Below are positions 1-10,800 of a stretch of 64,000 nucleotides of DNA, one piece after another. The DNA is from Candidatus Desulfobia pelagia. GTDB taxonomy: Bacteria > Desulfobacterota > Desulfobulbia > Desulfobulbales > SURF-16. A program made the position numbers and the translations under genes. The notes under the pieces are model-generated. The model was not told where the DNA came from. It did no database searches and was given only the letters and a program-made list of their open reading frames with translations. Numbering within the stretch: the stretch's first letter is position 1; the number at the start of each line of letters is the position of its first letter. The stretch covers positions 6,017 through 70,016 of the forward strand of contig JACNJZ010000045.1 of NCBI GenBank assembly GCA_014382295.1. The letters run 5' to 3'.

Positions 1-525
1 GCTGACATAGAACTCATCGGTATGCTCGGGGCCTGTGGAGAAACAGATGCATGGCTCAAGAATCTTGCCGGCCTTCTGGACCTCTTCAAAGACCGCCTGC
101 ATGTTGGGGATGTGATTCATAAAGTCAAACACACGCCAGACATCGACATATTTTGCAAACTCCCGAACCGTCAGCCTGATAACATTCTGCGGATAAGGCC
201 TGTAGCCGAAAAGGTTCACACCCCGGCACAGGGTCTGAAACATTGTATGGGGCATCTTTTCCCGAAGAAGCTTCAGCTTCAGGAAAGGATCAACCTGTTT
301 ACGGAGGATATCAACATGTACTGAGGCGCCACCGGTAATTTCCAGAGAGAAATAGTTGGCTTTCTCCCGGCTCTCTGCGGCCATCAGGTCAGTATGGAGC
401 AATATCCTGTTTTTAAAATCAGACTGGGACAGATCCCGGGCTGTATTGGTGATATAATATCCGTCTGCTGCCCGAATCGTCTTGAGTACTTCCTTAATAT
501 CCATTCCTTGAACTATTCTGTCCAT
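1..525 (-). CDS. pycB: Pyruvate carboxylase subunit B (carboxyltransferase), N-terminal part; runs off the window edge
   Basis: Hand translation from ATG at 525 (RBS AGGAG upstream): MDRIVQGMDIKEVLK...NTARDLSQSDFKNR...SLEITGGAS...FQTLCRGVNLFGYRPYP...WRVFDFMNH; RDxxQS, GGA and RGxNxxGY motifs; follows a biotin carboxylase gene. Not in the ORF track. Confidence 0.85.
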   Translation of the reverse strand, partial: MDRIVQGMDIKEVLKTIRAADGYYITNTARDLSQSDFKNRILLHTDLMAAESREKANYFSLEITGGASVHVDILRKQVDPFLKLKLLREKMPHTMFQTLCRGVNLFGYRPYPQNVIRLTVREFAKYVDVWRVFDFMNHIPNMQAVFEEVQKAGKILEPCICFSTGPEHTDEFYVS

Positions 526-541
526 GGAGACTCCTTTTAAA

Positions 542-624
542 AGTTTTAAGTCAAAAGATTTAAGTTTTAAGCAATAGATTTCAGGTGCATTCTACTTAAA
601 ACTTAACACTTAAATCTTAAAACT
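542..624. repeat. Inverted arrays of 7-bp tandem repeats (NNNTAAG ... CTTAANN)
   Basis: AGTTTTAAG TCAAAAG ATTTAAG TTTTAAG facing CTTAAAA CTTAACA CTTAAAT CTTAAAACT. Confidence 0.7.
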
Positions 625-672
625 ACTGTTTTCTGACTATATTTCTTAATCTAGACTGAAAAGCAACCGGCA

Positions 673-2112
673 TCAACTCGCGTAGGGATTCAATTCCTTA
701 TGGTGAATCTCAGCTATGAGACTGGCGAGTTTACTTCCTTCAGAGATATCTTCCTTGTATTCGAAGAGATGCTTATGGGTTTCGAGGAAGGACGTATCAA
801 AATCCCCTTTCTGAAAATCAGGGTCTTCCACCAGATTCAGATAAAAAGGAATCGTTGTTTTCGGGCCGGTGATGATATAATTCCGCAGGCATCTTCTCAG
901 TCTGTCCACTGTTTCATTCCAGGAATAGCCATGAACTGTCAATTTCACCAGCAGGGAGTCATATACTTCAGGAATAGTAAAACCCTGGTAGACAAAACCA
1001 TCAAGACGAACACCATAGCCACCCGGCGACCGATAGGTAGTAACCGTTTTTCCGCCTTCAGGCATGAAGTTATTCTGAGGATCCTCGGCGTTAATTCTCA
1101 TTTCGATTGCATGGCCACGGATCTGGATGTCATCCTGGGAGAAAGACAATTTCTTGCCGAATGCCAGTTTGATCTGGGTCCGTACAATATCGATGCCAGT
1201 CACCATCTCGGTTACAGTATGCTCAACCTGGACCCTGGTGTTTATCTCCATGAAATAAAATTTGTCCTTATCAACCAGAAACTCAACGGTGCCGGCATTG
1301 AAATAGTTGGATGCCTTGGCAGCCTTTACAGCCGTTTCACATATTTGATCAAGAAGCGCTTTATCCGGAATCATGGAAGGGGCAATTTCTACCAGTTTCT
1401 GATGACGGCGCTGGATGGAACAGTCCCTGGTGCCCAGGTGAATGGTAGTACCTTCTGCATCAGCCATAACCTGGACTTCAACATGCTTGGGATTGATTAC
1501 CATTTTTTCCAGGTACACACTGTCGTCATTAAATGCGGCCTTGGCCTCACTGCGAGCCTGGGGATACTCCTCTTTAAGCTGTGCATCGCTGTGCACTTCC
1601 CTGATTCCGCGGCCACCGCCGCCGGCCGTGGCCTTCAGCATTACCGGGTATCCGTATTGAGCGCAGAATTCCAGAGCCTCGTTCTCACCATCCTTGCCGG
1701 GAGAAAGATTCTGGGTTCCGGGAACCATGGGAATTCCTGCATCAGCCATAATCTGCCGGGCAATAACCTTGTTGCCCAGGTTATGAATGACTTCACTGGA
1801 AGGGCCAATAAAAATGATTCCCGCCTCTTCACACGCTTTGGCAAAATCAGGATTTTCAGCCAGGAAACCATAACCGGGATGGATAGCATCAACATCGTGC
1901 TCTTTCGCGGCTTTAATAACCTTTTCAATACTCAGATAATCAGACCGGGGGCCATCACCGATCCAGACAGCCTCATTGGCAATCCGGATATGAAGAGCCT
2001 CACTGTCCGGTGTTTCATAAATAGCGACAGCAGTATTTCCCAGCTCTTGAACCGCCCTGATAATCCGGATTGCAATTTCTCCGCGATTCGCGATCAGTAT
2101 TTTTTTCTTCAA
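673..2112 (-). CDS. pycA: Biotin carboxylase (pyruvate carboxylase subunit A)
   Basis: KILIANRGEIA, HPGYGFLAEN, GGGGRG, RDCSIQRRHQK, EINTRVQVEH motifs. Confidence 0.92.
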   Translation of the reverse strand: MKKKILIANRGEIAIRIIRAVQELGNTAVAIYETPDSEALHIRIANEAVWIGDGPRSDYLSIEKVIKAAKEHDVDAIHPGYGFLAENPDFAKACEEAGIIFIGPSSEVIHNLGNKVIARQIMADAGIPMVPGTQNLSPGKDGENEALEFCAQYGYPVMLKATAGGGGRGIREVHSDAQLKEEYPQARSEAKAAFNDDSVYLEKMVINPKHVEVQVMADAEGTTIHLGTRDCSIQRRHQKLVEIAPSMIPDKALLDQICETAVKAAKASNYFNAGTVEFLVDKDKFYFMEINTRVQVEHTVTEMVTGIDIVRTQIKLAFGKKLSFSQDDIQIRGHAIEMRINAEDPQNNFMPEGGKTVTTYRSPGGYGVRLDGFVYQGFTIPEVYDSLLVKLTVHGYSWNETVDRLRRCLRNYIITGPKTTIPFYLNLVEDPDFQKGDFDTSFLETHKHLFEYKEDISEGSKLASLIAEIHHKELNPYAS

Positions 2113-2252
2113 ATGATCACCTCTTCGTTTAATTGAAAGTCTTACTTTTTATAATGAACTAACATTTTGATTGAAATTTTCTGCCTAAAACCAGACTTTC
2201 ATAATTTATAAAAACAGAAACGGCCAATATAGCCGCTTATAAGCAGTACCTT

Positions 2253-2404
2253 TGATGGCGTCGTAAAAAATCCGACCTACTGCGTTGTAGCAATTTTCCA
2301 GGCACTAGGCACACCATATGTATGGCCTCGCACTTGAAAAATTGCTACGCCTTGTATATCAAACTTTTTACCTAGCCATCCCGAGACTTTTTACGAGATT
2401 GTCA
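2253..2404 (+). mobile_element. MITE-like structured repeat, copy 1 (152 bp)
   Basis: Imperfect terminal IRs TGATGGCGTCGTAAAAAATC / GACTTTTTACGAGATTGTCA, CCTT on both flanks, internal hairpin, homologous copy at 30292-30455. Confidence 0.75.
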
Positions 2405-2524
2405 CCTTTGACAACCTGTATTGAACGGCGCATTATCACGGGGTCCCGCAAATCCTGCGCTTATTTAACAGAGCAAAGTAACAAAAAATATTTTTGGAGG
2501 CAAGGAGAATCGACTCCAGGCCCA

Positions 2525-4291
2525 TCACGTCAAGGCCTTGACCAGGCCCGATCTGCGCAACACCCTGGACGCTGCCGCCTCCCTGAACAGGGCAGGATCC
2601 CCCCACACTTCAACCGACTTTCTGGCCCGGGTCAAAGCCGTATATATCAACTCGGAAACCACTACAGGAGAAGGGATGTCAGGCAGAATGAGAAGCACAT
2701 GATCAAACTCTGAACCCTGACTTTTATGAACCGTCATCGCGTAGGATGTTTCATGTTCCGGCAGCTGCTGGGGAAGAAATGCACGGACAGCTGTTCCAGC
2801 GGAAAAATAGACCTGCGGCTGTTCCGCCACGCTTTTTTCCGCCCAGAAAAGACCTGAATCGCCATTATAGAGCTGCCGGCCATGATGATTCCGGCTCACC
2901 ATGACAGGTCTGCCATGATACCAGCTCCCGCCAGCTCCCAAAACGTCTGATGCCATCCTGTTTATGGACTTCGACCCCATTGGCCCATGGCGCAATGCGC
3001 ATAAAACGGCAAATCCAGCCATGCGGGACAATGCCTCTTCAGGTCCTGATGCCTCCAGGACATACTGCATGTGTTTCTGTATCCGTGACAACAGTTCAGC
3101 AGAAAACATATCGGCGGGAAAGCCTTCATGATCCCGCCAGCAGACATCCTTACATTTTTCATCCTTCAACAACACCAGCGCAGCCTCACCATCTCCCTCT
3201 TTTACAGCCCTGCTCACCAAGAAGATGCCGCTCTCTTCACTGAACCGGAAACTCTGTTTTAGTTCGACAAAAAAATCAACGAGTCCACCTGACGGGCCAA
3301 CAGGAAGACCCGCCACACCGGCCGCCGAAGCAAATTCATTAAACTTACAGGAGAAACCTTCCCTGGAAGCCCGGCATAAATCGCCAAAGACGGCTCCCGG
3401 CTGCACCGAGGCAAGCTGATACCGATCGCCAAGAAGAATGAGCCGACATTTCCCGGGTATTGCCGCCATAAGCCGCGCCATGAGAGGCAGATCAACCATG
3501 GAAGCCTCATCGACAACAACTATGTCGGCTGGCAGGGGATTGTCTTTATTGTAATGAAATCCAGCCCTGCCGCTTCCAAGAAGCCTGTGCACCGTCATGG
3601 CCTCGGCGACCATCTTATCCTTAACCGCATCACTGCAGAACAGACCCTGTTTCGCACCGGCGAGGGCCTCCTGCAGTCGTGCCGCTGCTTTTCCTGTGGG
3701 GGCGGCCAGCATTATTTTCACAGGCCTGTCGCCTGCCATTTCCAGGCAAAGGGCCAGCACTTTTGCCACAACTGTCGTCTTTCCGGTCCCCGGTCCGCCA
3801 CCTATAACACTGACCCTTTGCGAAAAGGCAACAAGACAGGCGACCTTCTGCCAGTTTATACCCCCACAATCTTCCTCTTCAGGAAATAGAAGCTCCAGGG
3901 CCCTTCCCACCTGAACCGAATCAATAGTGCCGATTCCAGCGCCTGTTCTTTCCCGCACAAAAGAGGCTACAGAGGCTTCATACATGTAATAGCGGTTCAG
4001 ATAAAGAAGTGGGGGATCAAAAATAAGGGGAGCATTGCCGCCGGGTCCTGTCACAACATCGGTTGACTGGAGACTGGCGGACCATTCATCCAGTGACGGC
4101 AAACAGCCCTCACCACCTTCGGGAAAACAGCCGGCAACAGTTGACAGATCCAGACAGATATTTCCCTGGGCGGTATGCCGACTGACCAGCTTTACCGCAA
4201 AACGCAGGTCTGCATCGCGTTTTCCGGAAAGGCGTTCAATACATTCAGCCAGGTGGGTATCAAGTGCTGAAAAGGTCCCAGGGATTTTCAT
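2525..4291 (-). CDS. recD: Exodeoxyribonuclease V alpha subunit
   Basis: GGPGTGKTT, AAPTGKAAARL, VVDEASM, YAMTVHKSQGSEF; operon with recC and recB. Confidence 0.95.
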   Translation of the reverse strand: MKIPGTFSALDTHLAECIERLSGKRDADLRFAVKLVSRHTAQGNICLDLSTVAGCFPEGGEGCLPSLDEWSASLQSTDVVTGPGGNAPLIFDPPLLYLNRYYMYEASVASFVRERTGAGIGTIDSVQVGRALELLFPEEEDCGGINWQKVACLVAFSQRVSVIGGGPGTGKTTVVAKVLALCLEMAGDRPVKIMLAAPTGKAAARLQEALAGAKQGLFCSDAVKDKMVAEAMTVHRLLGSGRAGFHYNKDNPLPADIVVVDEASMVDLPLMARLMAAIPGKCRLILLGDRYQLASVQPGAVFGDLCRASREGFSCKFNEFASAAGVAGLPVGPSGGLVDFFVELKQSFRFSEESGIFLVSRAVKEGDGEAALVLLKDEKCKDVCWRDHEGFPADMFSAELLSRIQKHMQYVLEASGPEEALSRMAGFAVLCALRHGPMGSKSINRMASDVLGAGGSWYHGRPVMVSRNHHGRQLYNGDSGLFWAEKSVAEQPQVYFSAGTAVRAFLPQQLPEHETSYAMTVHKSQGSEFDHVLLILPDIPSPVVVSELIYTALTRARKSVEVWGDPALFREAAASRVLRRSGLVKALT

Positions 4292-7200
4292 TTCTTCACC
4301 AGCATGTCACTTAAATCGTTAATGAGTTCCAGATCTGGAAGATCATAATAGATCCCGCAGGATTGACCACTTTCAGGACGCACTCCCCGTAAAAACAGAT
4401 ACACTATGCCGCCAAAATATGTGTCATAGCGATAATCGGCAATACGGGTTTTCAGATACTGATGCAGAGCCACGGTATAGAGAAGATATTGGAGCATATA
4501 CATTTCCCGCACCATTACTTCCCTGAGAGTGTCTGCCCGGTAATACTCCAGGCGCTGGCCAAGATGATTTGATTTCCAGTCCACTATATAATAACGGCCG
4601 TTATATTCAAAAACGAGATCGATATACCCTTTCAGAAACCCCTCAACCTCATGAAAATCGAGACATTTCCCAACCCTTTCATCTATTCCGTGCTTTGCAA
4701 ATATCTTCTGCAGTGACCGCTTTTCCGAGAGTGCCAGCGGAAAATAAAATTCCAGCTCCGTCAGACGCTGTTCTGCCCTGACCCTGCCCAGCAGCAGTCC
4801 TGGCTCACCTGAGACAAGAGGCGTATGAACCACATTCTGCAGCATGCCCAGAATAGCATCCGACCATTCCACGGCATAACCGTATTGCTGGAGTTTGCGG
4901 CCAATAGAGTCACGCACATGTTCTGCACCGGAGGCAATGTCACCAAAATCAAGATGCTCCAGGAGGTCGTGCATGAAAGTTCCGGCACCTGCCCCCCTGG
5001 GAAAGGAAAAAATTGATCGGTATTCTTCCTCCCCGCCCTGATCTTTATTTTCTTCCAGAACAAAATCCCGGTCCGGCATTTCAGCCCCGCCACCATGGCG
5101 GGTCATTCCACTGAAACTTGTCACCCTCCAGCTGCTTGTTATCTTTACCTCAAAAGATCGGCAGGAAAGGCTCTCAACACCCATTCTGCCGTCAAAGCAA
5201 ACATCTTCGCCCTCTTCCACTACATTACGCAGTTCTATATTCGGCTGTCCCTTCTCCAGTAGAAGCTGGAGATCCTGCACAAACTCCTCATCAGACAACT
5301 TTTTATAGCGCCCGGCATCACCATGAAGCACCCAGGCCAGGGCTGAACTTTCAGCCGTGTTAAAAAGACCCCAGTAGAGATAGCAGCGATGCTTTGCCCT
5401 GGTCATTGCCACATAGAGCAGACGGATATTCTCCGCCAGCTCTTCGCGCCTGGCAAGATCCAGATGAACTCCGCTCTCCTCTGAACCAAAATCCAGGGCC
5501 GGCTTCATCGAGTTATCCGCCATATGAAAGGCAAACACACTCCCGGACTTCAATCGTGAGCCGCCCCAGGCAAAAGGACAGAAGACAATCGGATACTGCA
5601 ATCCCTTGGATCTGTGGATGGTGACAATCTGGACGCGGTCGGCATCACTTTCAAGGCGAAGCTGATGCTCTTCCGCCGTCCGGCTGGCTCCCTGCCGCTT
5701 CAAGGCAAAATACTGAAGAAGTCCGCCTACCCCGGCCCGCTTTCCCTTTGCGTACTGATGGAGGACTTCGCCAAGGTGAAGAATATTTGTCAAGCGCCGC
5801 TCTCCATCAGCAAAACGCAGGCACTGGCAATGAACCTTTCCTGCCACAAGCAGCGTCCGTAACATGCGGATAAAACCTTTTGACAGCCACAATTCATTAT
5901 ACCTGTGAAAAGCTGTCACATGCCCCAACCATTCCTGACCGGTTTCAGCTCCCTCCATGTTTCCAACAGTGCCGCCGAGCATATCTGTTGCCAGGGCAGA
6001 GCGGATCTTTCTGTCACTGCCGGGGTCTGCCGCCGCCTCCAGAATACGTTCCAGCTCCCATGCTTCACGACTCAGAAAAAGGTCGCCAGTTCCTTGATGA
6101 ACACTGACCACATTACAGGATGCCAAGGCCTCTTTCACCAGCTGCGCCTCTCTGTTGGTCCTGACCAGTACGGCTATATCATGGGGGCAGATCGGCCGTT
6201 GACCGATCTTTGCCTCCTCGTCTCTGCCAAGATTCAGCAAACGGCTTATCTCTCCTGCCATATCCCGGGCAATTCGTCGCTTAGCATCTGGGCTTTTTAT
6301 TCTCTTTTTATCACTTTCCAAACGATTGAGGATACACAGCTTGAGACCGGGCTCCTGATTCCCCCGGATGGTCAGATACTCCCTGTCTGTGATTTCCGGA
6401 GCGTGCACCGGAGCAAAAGAAATATCCTCATCACAGAAGACGTTATCCCGTCCTGCAAAAAAAGTGTTTACCGCCGCAATAAGTCCAGGAGCCGAACGAT
6501 AGTTGAACTCCAGCGATCTTCCTGAGCCAATATCACTGATAGCCTTTTTGTAGGTGAAGATATCGGCGCCGCGGAAACTGTATATCGCCTGTTTTGGATC
6601 GCCGATAATATACAACAGTGAACCTGGATCGCCCTCGTAGATTGTAGAAAAAATAGAATACTGGACCGGATCTGTGTCCTGAAATTCATCAATCAGGGCA
6701 GCAGGATATTGCCTTCGAATAGCCGCTGCCAGAGCCTGGCCGTTTCCCCCTGACAGTGATTCATCCAGCAGCACAAGCAGATCATCAAAGGAAAGTATAT
6801 TTTGCTTGTTCTTGCGGACTCTCAACTCAGCACTGCAATAGCGCATCCACTGCTGCTGAAGGGCGCAGACAAGGTCATCATACAGACGGCACAGTTCCGT
6901 GTCCCGGGCTAGAAACTCTCCGCACTGATCAAAAAAAGAATGGCTGGGCGGATCGGCGGCCTGCAGCGTTCCCTTCTCAATGGATTCAGTGGTGAATTTC
7001 GAAAAAGAGGCGGGCAGCTTACCGGGCAACAGTTCCCGTCTTTCTAAAACCCTTTCCAGATCAACAAGGTACTCCGGGATTTTCTCTTTTTTGTAGGAAC
7101 TCTGTTTAAACCCATCAAAGTTCAAGAAAATATCTTTTATGTGCTGGCGGCATACCTGCCAGCTCTGACGCAGCTGCTCAAATGTCCTGCCGTACTCTTC

Positions 7201-7860
7201 TTCGCGCCTGACCCCTTCCCTGCTTTCGAAAAATCCCTCAACCCAGCTCTCCTCAACAAACGGCAGAAAAACAAGATCCCTGCGATAATGCCTCATCAGA
7301 CTGGACAGGGACTCCGGAGCCATCTTCCTGACGGCATGTTTTATAAAACCGGGCGAGCACCTGTTGATGGTAAGACGCCAGAAATCCATGCCAACCTGAT
7401 GCAGAAGATCATCGACATCGGCCACCAGTTCCGTATCAAACAGGATAGAGCTTTCCAGGCCATTTTCCCGCAGCATCCTCTGACAGAAACCATGTATGGT
7501 AAAAATGGAAGCCTCATCAAAATTACGCAGAGCCTCCTGCAGCCGATGTTTTGCAGGAGCAAAATCACCTGTTTCTTCCAGAAGTCCAGAAATGAAACCA
7601 TCAGAAGAACGTCCCTTTTCAAAGGCCGAAAGCACCTTCAGGATCATTTCACGTATCCGGGTGCGCAGATCTTCTGTTGCCGCCTTGGTATAGGTCACGA
7701 CAAGGATAGTATCAACCGTCAGGTTTTTCTCGATAAGGAGCCTGACAAACAGCGCGGAGATCGTATAGGTTTTCCCTGTCCCGGCACTGGCATCAATGAG
7801 ATGTGCTCCGGACAGGGGGGCTGAAAAAATGGCAAATGGCGGAGCAGCAGAATGCGTCAT
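4288..7860 (-). CDS. recB: Exodeoxyribonuclease V beta subunit
   Basis: ASAGTGKT, LIDEFQDTD, IGDPKQAIYSFRGAD, C-terminal nuclease GYIDLVF...IVDWKSN. Confidence 0.95.
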   Translation of the reverse strand: MTHSAAPPFAIFSAPLSGAHLIDASAGTGKTYTISALFVRLLIEKNLTVDTILVVTYTKAATEDLRTRIREMILKVLSAFEKGRSSDGFISGLLEETGDFAPAKHRLQEALRNFDEASIFTIHGFCQRMLRENGLESSILFDTELVADVDDLLHQVGMDFWRLTINRCSPGFIKHAVRKMAPESLSSLMRHYRRDLVFLPFVEESWVEGFFESREGVRREEEYGRTFEQLRQSWQVCRQHIKDIFLNFDGFKQSSYKKEKIPEYLVDLERVLERRELLPGKLPASFSKFTTESIEKGTLQAADPPSHSFFDQCGEFLARDTELCRLYDDLVCALQQQWMRYCSAELRVRKNKQNILSFDDLLVLLDESLSGGNGQALAAAIRRQYPAALIDEFQDTDPVQYSIFSTIYEGDPGSLLYIIGDPKQAIYSFRGADIFTYKKAISDIGSGRSLEFNYRSAPGLIAAVNTFFAGRDNVFCDEDISFAPVHAPEITDREYLTIRGNQEPGLKLCILNRLESDKKRIKSPDAKRRIARDMAGEISRLLNLGRDEEAKIGQRPICPHDIAVLVRTNREAQLVKEALASCNVVSVHQGTGDLFLSREAWELERILEAAADPGSDRKIRSALATDMLGGTVGNMEGAETGQEWLGHVTAFHRYNELWLSKGFIRMLRTLLVAGKVHCQCLRFADGERRLTNILHLGEVLHQYAKGKRAGVGGLLQYFALKRQGASRTAEEHQLRLESDADRVQIVTIHRSKGLQYPIVFCPFAWGGSRLKSGSVFAFHMADNSMKPALDFGSEESGVHLDLARREELAENIRLLYVAMTRAKHRCYLYWGLFNTAESSALAWVLHGDAGRYKKLSDEEFVQDLQLLLEKGQPNIELRNVVEEGEDVCFDGRMGVESLSCRSFEVKITSSWRVTSFSGMTRHGGGAEMPDRDFVLEENKDQGGEEEYRSIFSFPRGAGAGTFMHDLLEHLDFGDIASGAEHVRDSIGRKLQQYGYAVEWSDAILGMLQNVVHTPLVSGEPGLLLGRVRAEQRLTELEFYFPLALSEKRSLQKIFAKHGIDERVGKCLDFHEVEGFLKGYIDLVFEYNGRYYIVDWKSNHLGQRLEYYRADTLREVMVREMYMLQYLLYTVALHQYLKTRIADYRYDTYFGGIVYLFLRGVRPESGQSCGIYYDLPDLELINDLSDMLVKK

Positions 7861-10800
7861 GGCATGTCCCCTCCGATTTCATCCAGATGACTCAGCAGGG
7901 GCATATACATTTTACGGGCAAGATCCTCAAAACGGTCACCCAGGGGGTGGGTATCATGATAACGGAAGGAAAAATAGATATCATCACATTCCCTGGCAGG
8001 ATTATACTCCCCTGCCCATTTCTCCCTGGCATCTGTCCGGGCCTTTGCTTCCTTTCCTTCTGCAGCCCACCGAGCAAAAACATATGATGTTTCAGTAAAA
8101 AACGGAATGGGCTCCGACAGACCCTGCCAGTATATATCGAGGAGAACGTTCAATGCAGCAGAGGGATTTGCCACAGGCCGCAGCTGCAATGTTTCGTCCC
8201 TTGTCAGGATCGTTGTTGTCCGGGGCAGCGATGTGTTCTCTTCAGCCTGGCAATTCAAAAGCAGATGCATGACCCAGGCCCGCAGCAGGTCCTTTCCTTT
8301 CAAGGACGCGCAACGTGCCAGGAGAAGTCCATTATCACGGAGATCAGGCAGCCGGCCCTGCACATAGAAATCACCGCATTGCACATCCACATCAAGGGGA
8401 AGGCCTTCCGTGAGACAATACTGACGGAGACGTTCCGTAAAAAGCAAGACATCATCGACAATCTCTGCACCGAATATGTCTCCGGGCGTTCCATGGGGCA
8501 GCATGCCTTTTGCCTTCAGAAGGGGCACTATCTCACCCTTTTCTTTTTCAGCAAACATCAGGGATACGGCATCATCAGACAGCTGATACCTGCTTAACCC
8601 GTCAATGCGGACAGGTTCATCATCTTCAGCAGACTCCATAGGCCTTCGAAGGACAATATCAAGCCGCCGGTTACAGAAAAAACGAACAGGATGCAGTATA
8701 AAAGCAATCAAATCCTGCATGGCAACCTGCCGGAACTCACTATCTGGAGGATCAAGCGGAAGATCCTGCCAGAATCCGACATCGGCATCGGCCCCTGCCA
8801 GGAGTTTTTCTGCGGCACGACAGTAGATCTCATCATAACTGAACAGCTTTCCGGATCGGAAATAATCCGGGCTGAAGGCCTGTAAACGCTGCCTGGTTAT
8901 CAGCTCTGGCTCTTCCTTTTCGCCCTCTTCCAAGCGGCAGGTCCGTGACACATACTCAAGCAGCTCAGACACCAGAACCGAAGGCGGCAGGACAGAATCA
9001 TCCCGGACAGACTGGCCGACAAAACTGACATAAAACTGTTTTCGTGCCGACAGCAGGGCTTCAAGGAACAGATAACGGTCGTCATTCCTGCGGCTGCGAT
9101 CACCGGGTCGGGGCTTTTGTGCCATTCTGTCAAAACTCATTACCGGCTGAGGCCTGGGGAAACTGCCGTCTTCCATGCCAAGCAGGCAGATTACCTTGAA
9201 GGGAACCGCCCGCATGGGAAGCATGGAACAGAAAGTAATGCCGCCCGTCAGATACCCATAAGGTGATTTTTCCTGTTCCAGCATCTGCCTGATATACGCC
9301 TTGACCACTTCCAGAGGGATACTGTCTGCATACGCTGCCCGATCCTGGTATGAGCCCAGAGAGGAGATCAGCGAACGCAGGAACAGGGCATCCTGTTCCT
9401 GCTCCTGCCCCACGGCCAAACATTCATCCAGAAGATCGAGAAGAAGCCGTGACCATGTGCTCAGATCCCAGCTCTTCTCCAAAAGCTCTATATGCCTGGC
9501 TATACAGGAAAAAGCGGCCATCAGACGGCCCAGGACATCCCCATCTCCCTCGTCTATCCCGTCATAGGGAAGAACTCCTTTAAAAAGCACTCCGCCTGAC
9601 ATGACATATCCGAGAAGGAGCCGGTCAAAACCGGCTCGCCAGGTATTTTCAGAAAAACCAGGAAGCCCCAACGCCTGTCTGTGCCCCTGATCCCTGCCCC
9701 AGCGAATAGCTGTCCCCTCAAGCCATTCAGCTATCTTTTCCAGATCATTTGTCAGCCCGAACCTGGCCTGAACCGGCTGATAATGGAGAACCTCCTGTAT
9801 CCTGCTGTTCTCAAACCGGCTTCCTGCCAACTCAAGAAGGGCCAGAAAACTGTCGGCCAGCTGATTCTGTCTGCCCATACTGCTGTCAGCTATCATAAAG
9901 GGCATATAACGGTGATCGTCTGTTCCCAGTTCAAAAACAGCCTGAACAAAAGGGGAGTAGACTTCAATATCCGGCGCCATGACAATAATATCCCGGGGCC
10001 GGAGGCTCTCATCCTCTTCAAAGAGAGAAAGCAGATGATTTTGAAGCACCTCCACTTCACGCATGGGACTGTGGCACGAATTAACCACGATTGAGCCATC
10101 ATACCTCCGGCCGCAATCACCTTCAGAGAGATCAAGAATATCCCGCTGAATGGACTGCAGCACGGTGTCGCCATCAGGAGCGGCATAGCAGTCTCTTTCC
10201 TGGAAATCATATTCCTGCAGCATGGCGAGAAAATCCCTCCCCAAGCCGCCCATGGATGCCAGCAATGAATTCCCTGTTTCCAGATAGAGATCCTCTCCGC
10301 CGGCACCGTGCTTCCTGGCAAAGTAAAATTTTTCTCTTTCTGATTGTATATCAGCCCACCACTGGCAACAGGGATTCAGGTGAAAAAAACAAACATCACA
10401 CTGTCGTGCAAGTGCGTTAAAAACCTTGAGGAACAGGGGGGGAAGAAGGGAGATACCGAATACGGAAATCCGGCCGGGAAGCGGTAGATCATGCCCACAC
10501 TCAAGCCTTTCCGCAAGCATTTGAAGGATACTCGCCCTGCTGGTCAGATTATATCTGTTGACAAGCATTCTCCAGAGAACAGCCTGCCAGTCAGTGTCTT
10601 CACCTCTTTCCCAGCTGCTGACAACATCCGGACGATAAACTGCATATTGATCAAAAAGGCCGGCAAGAGTCCGGGCCAGCTGATATTTCTTCAAAGGAGC
10701 GTCAGTATAATTACGGACAGAAAAAAAAACAGGACTGTCAGGCAAATCCTGAAACAGATTCATAATCTGCCAGACAGCCTCTTCCCTGTTATAAAAATGC

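Noticed and set aside
700..2136. 478-aa plus-strand ORF
   Set aside because: Antisense shadow of the biotin carboxylase gene with no recognisable motifs
2318..2713. 131-aa ORF sharing LRLVYQTF with the ORF at 30027-30386
   Set aside because: The shared peptide comes from the MITE-like repeat; the rest is antisense to recD
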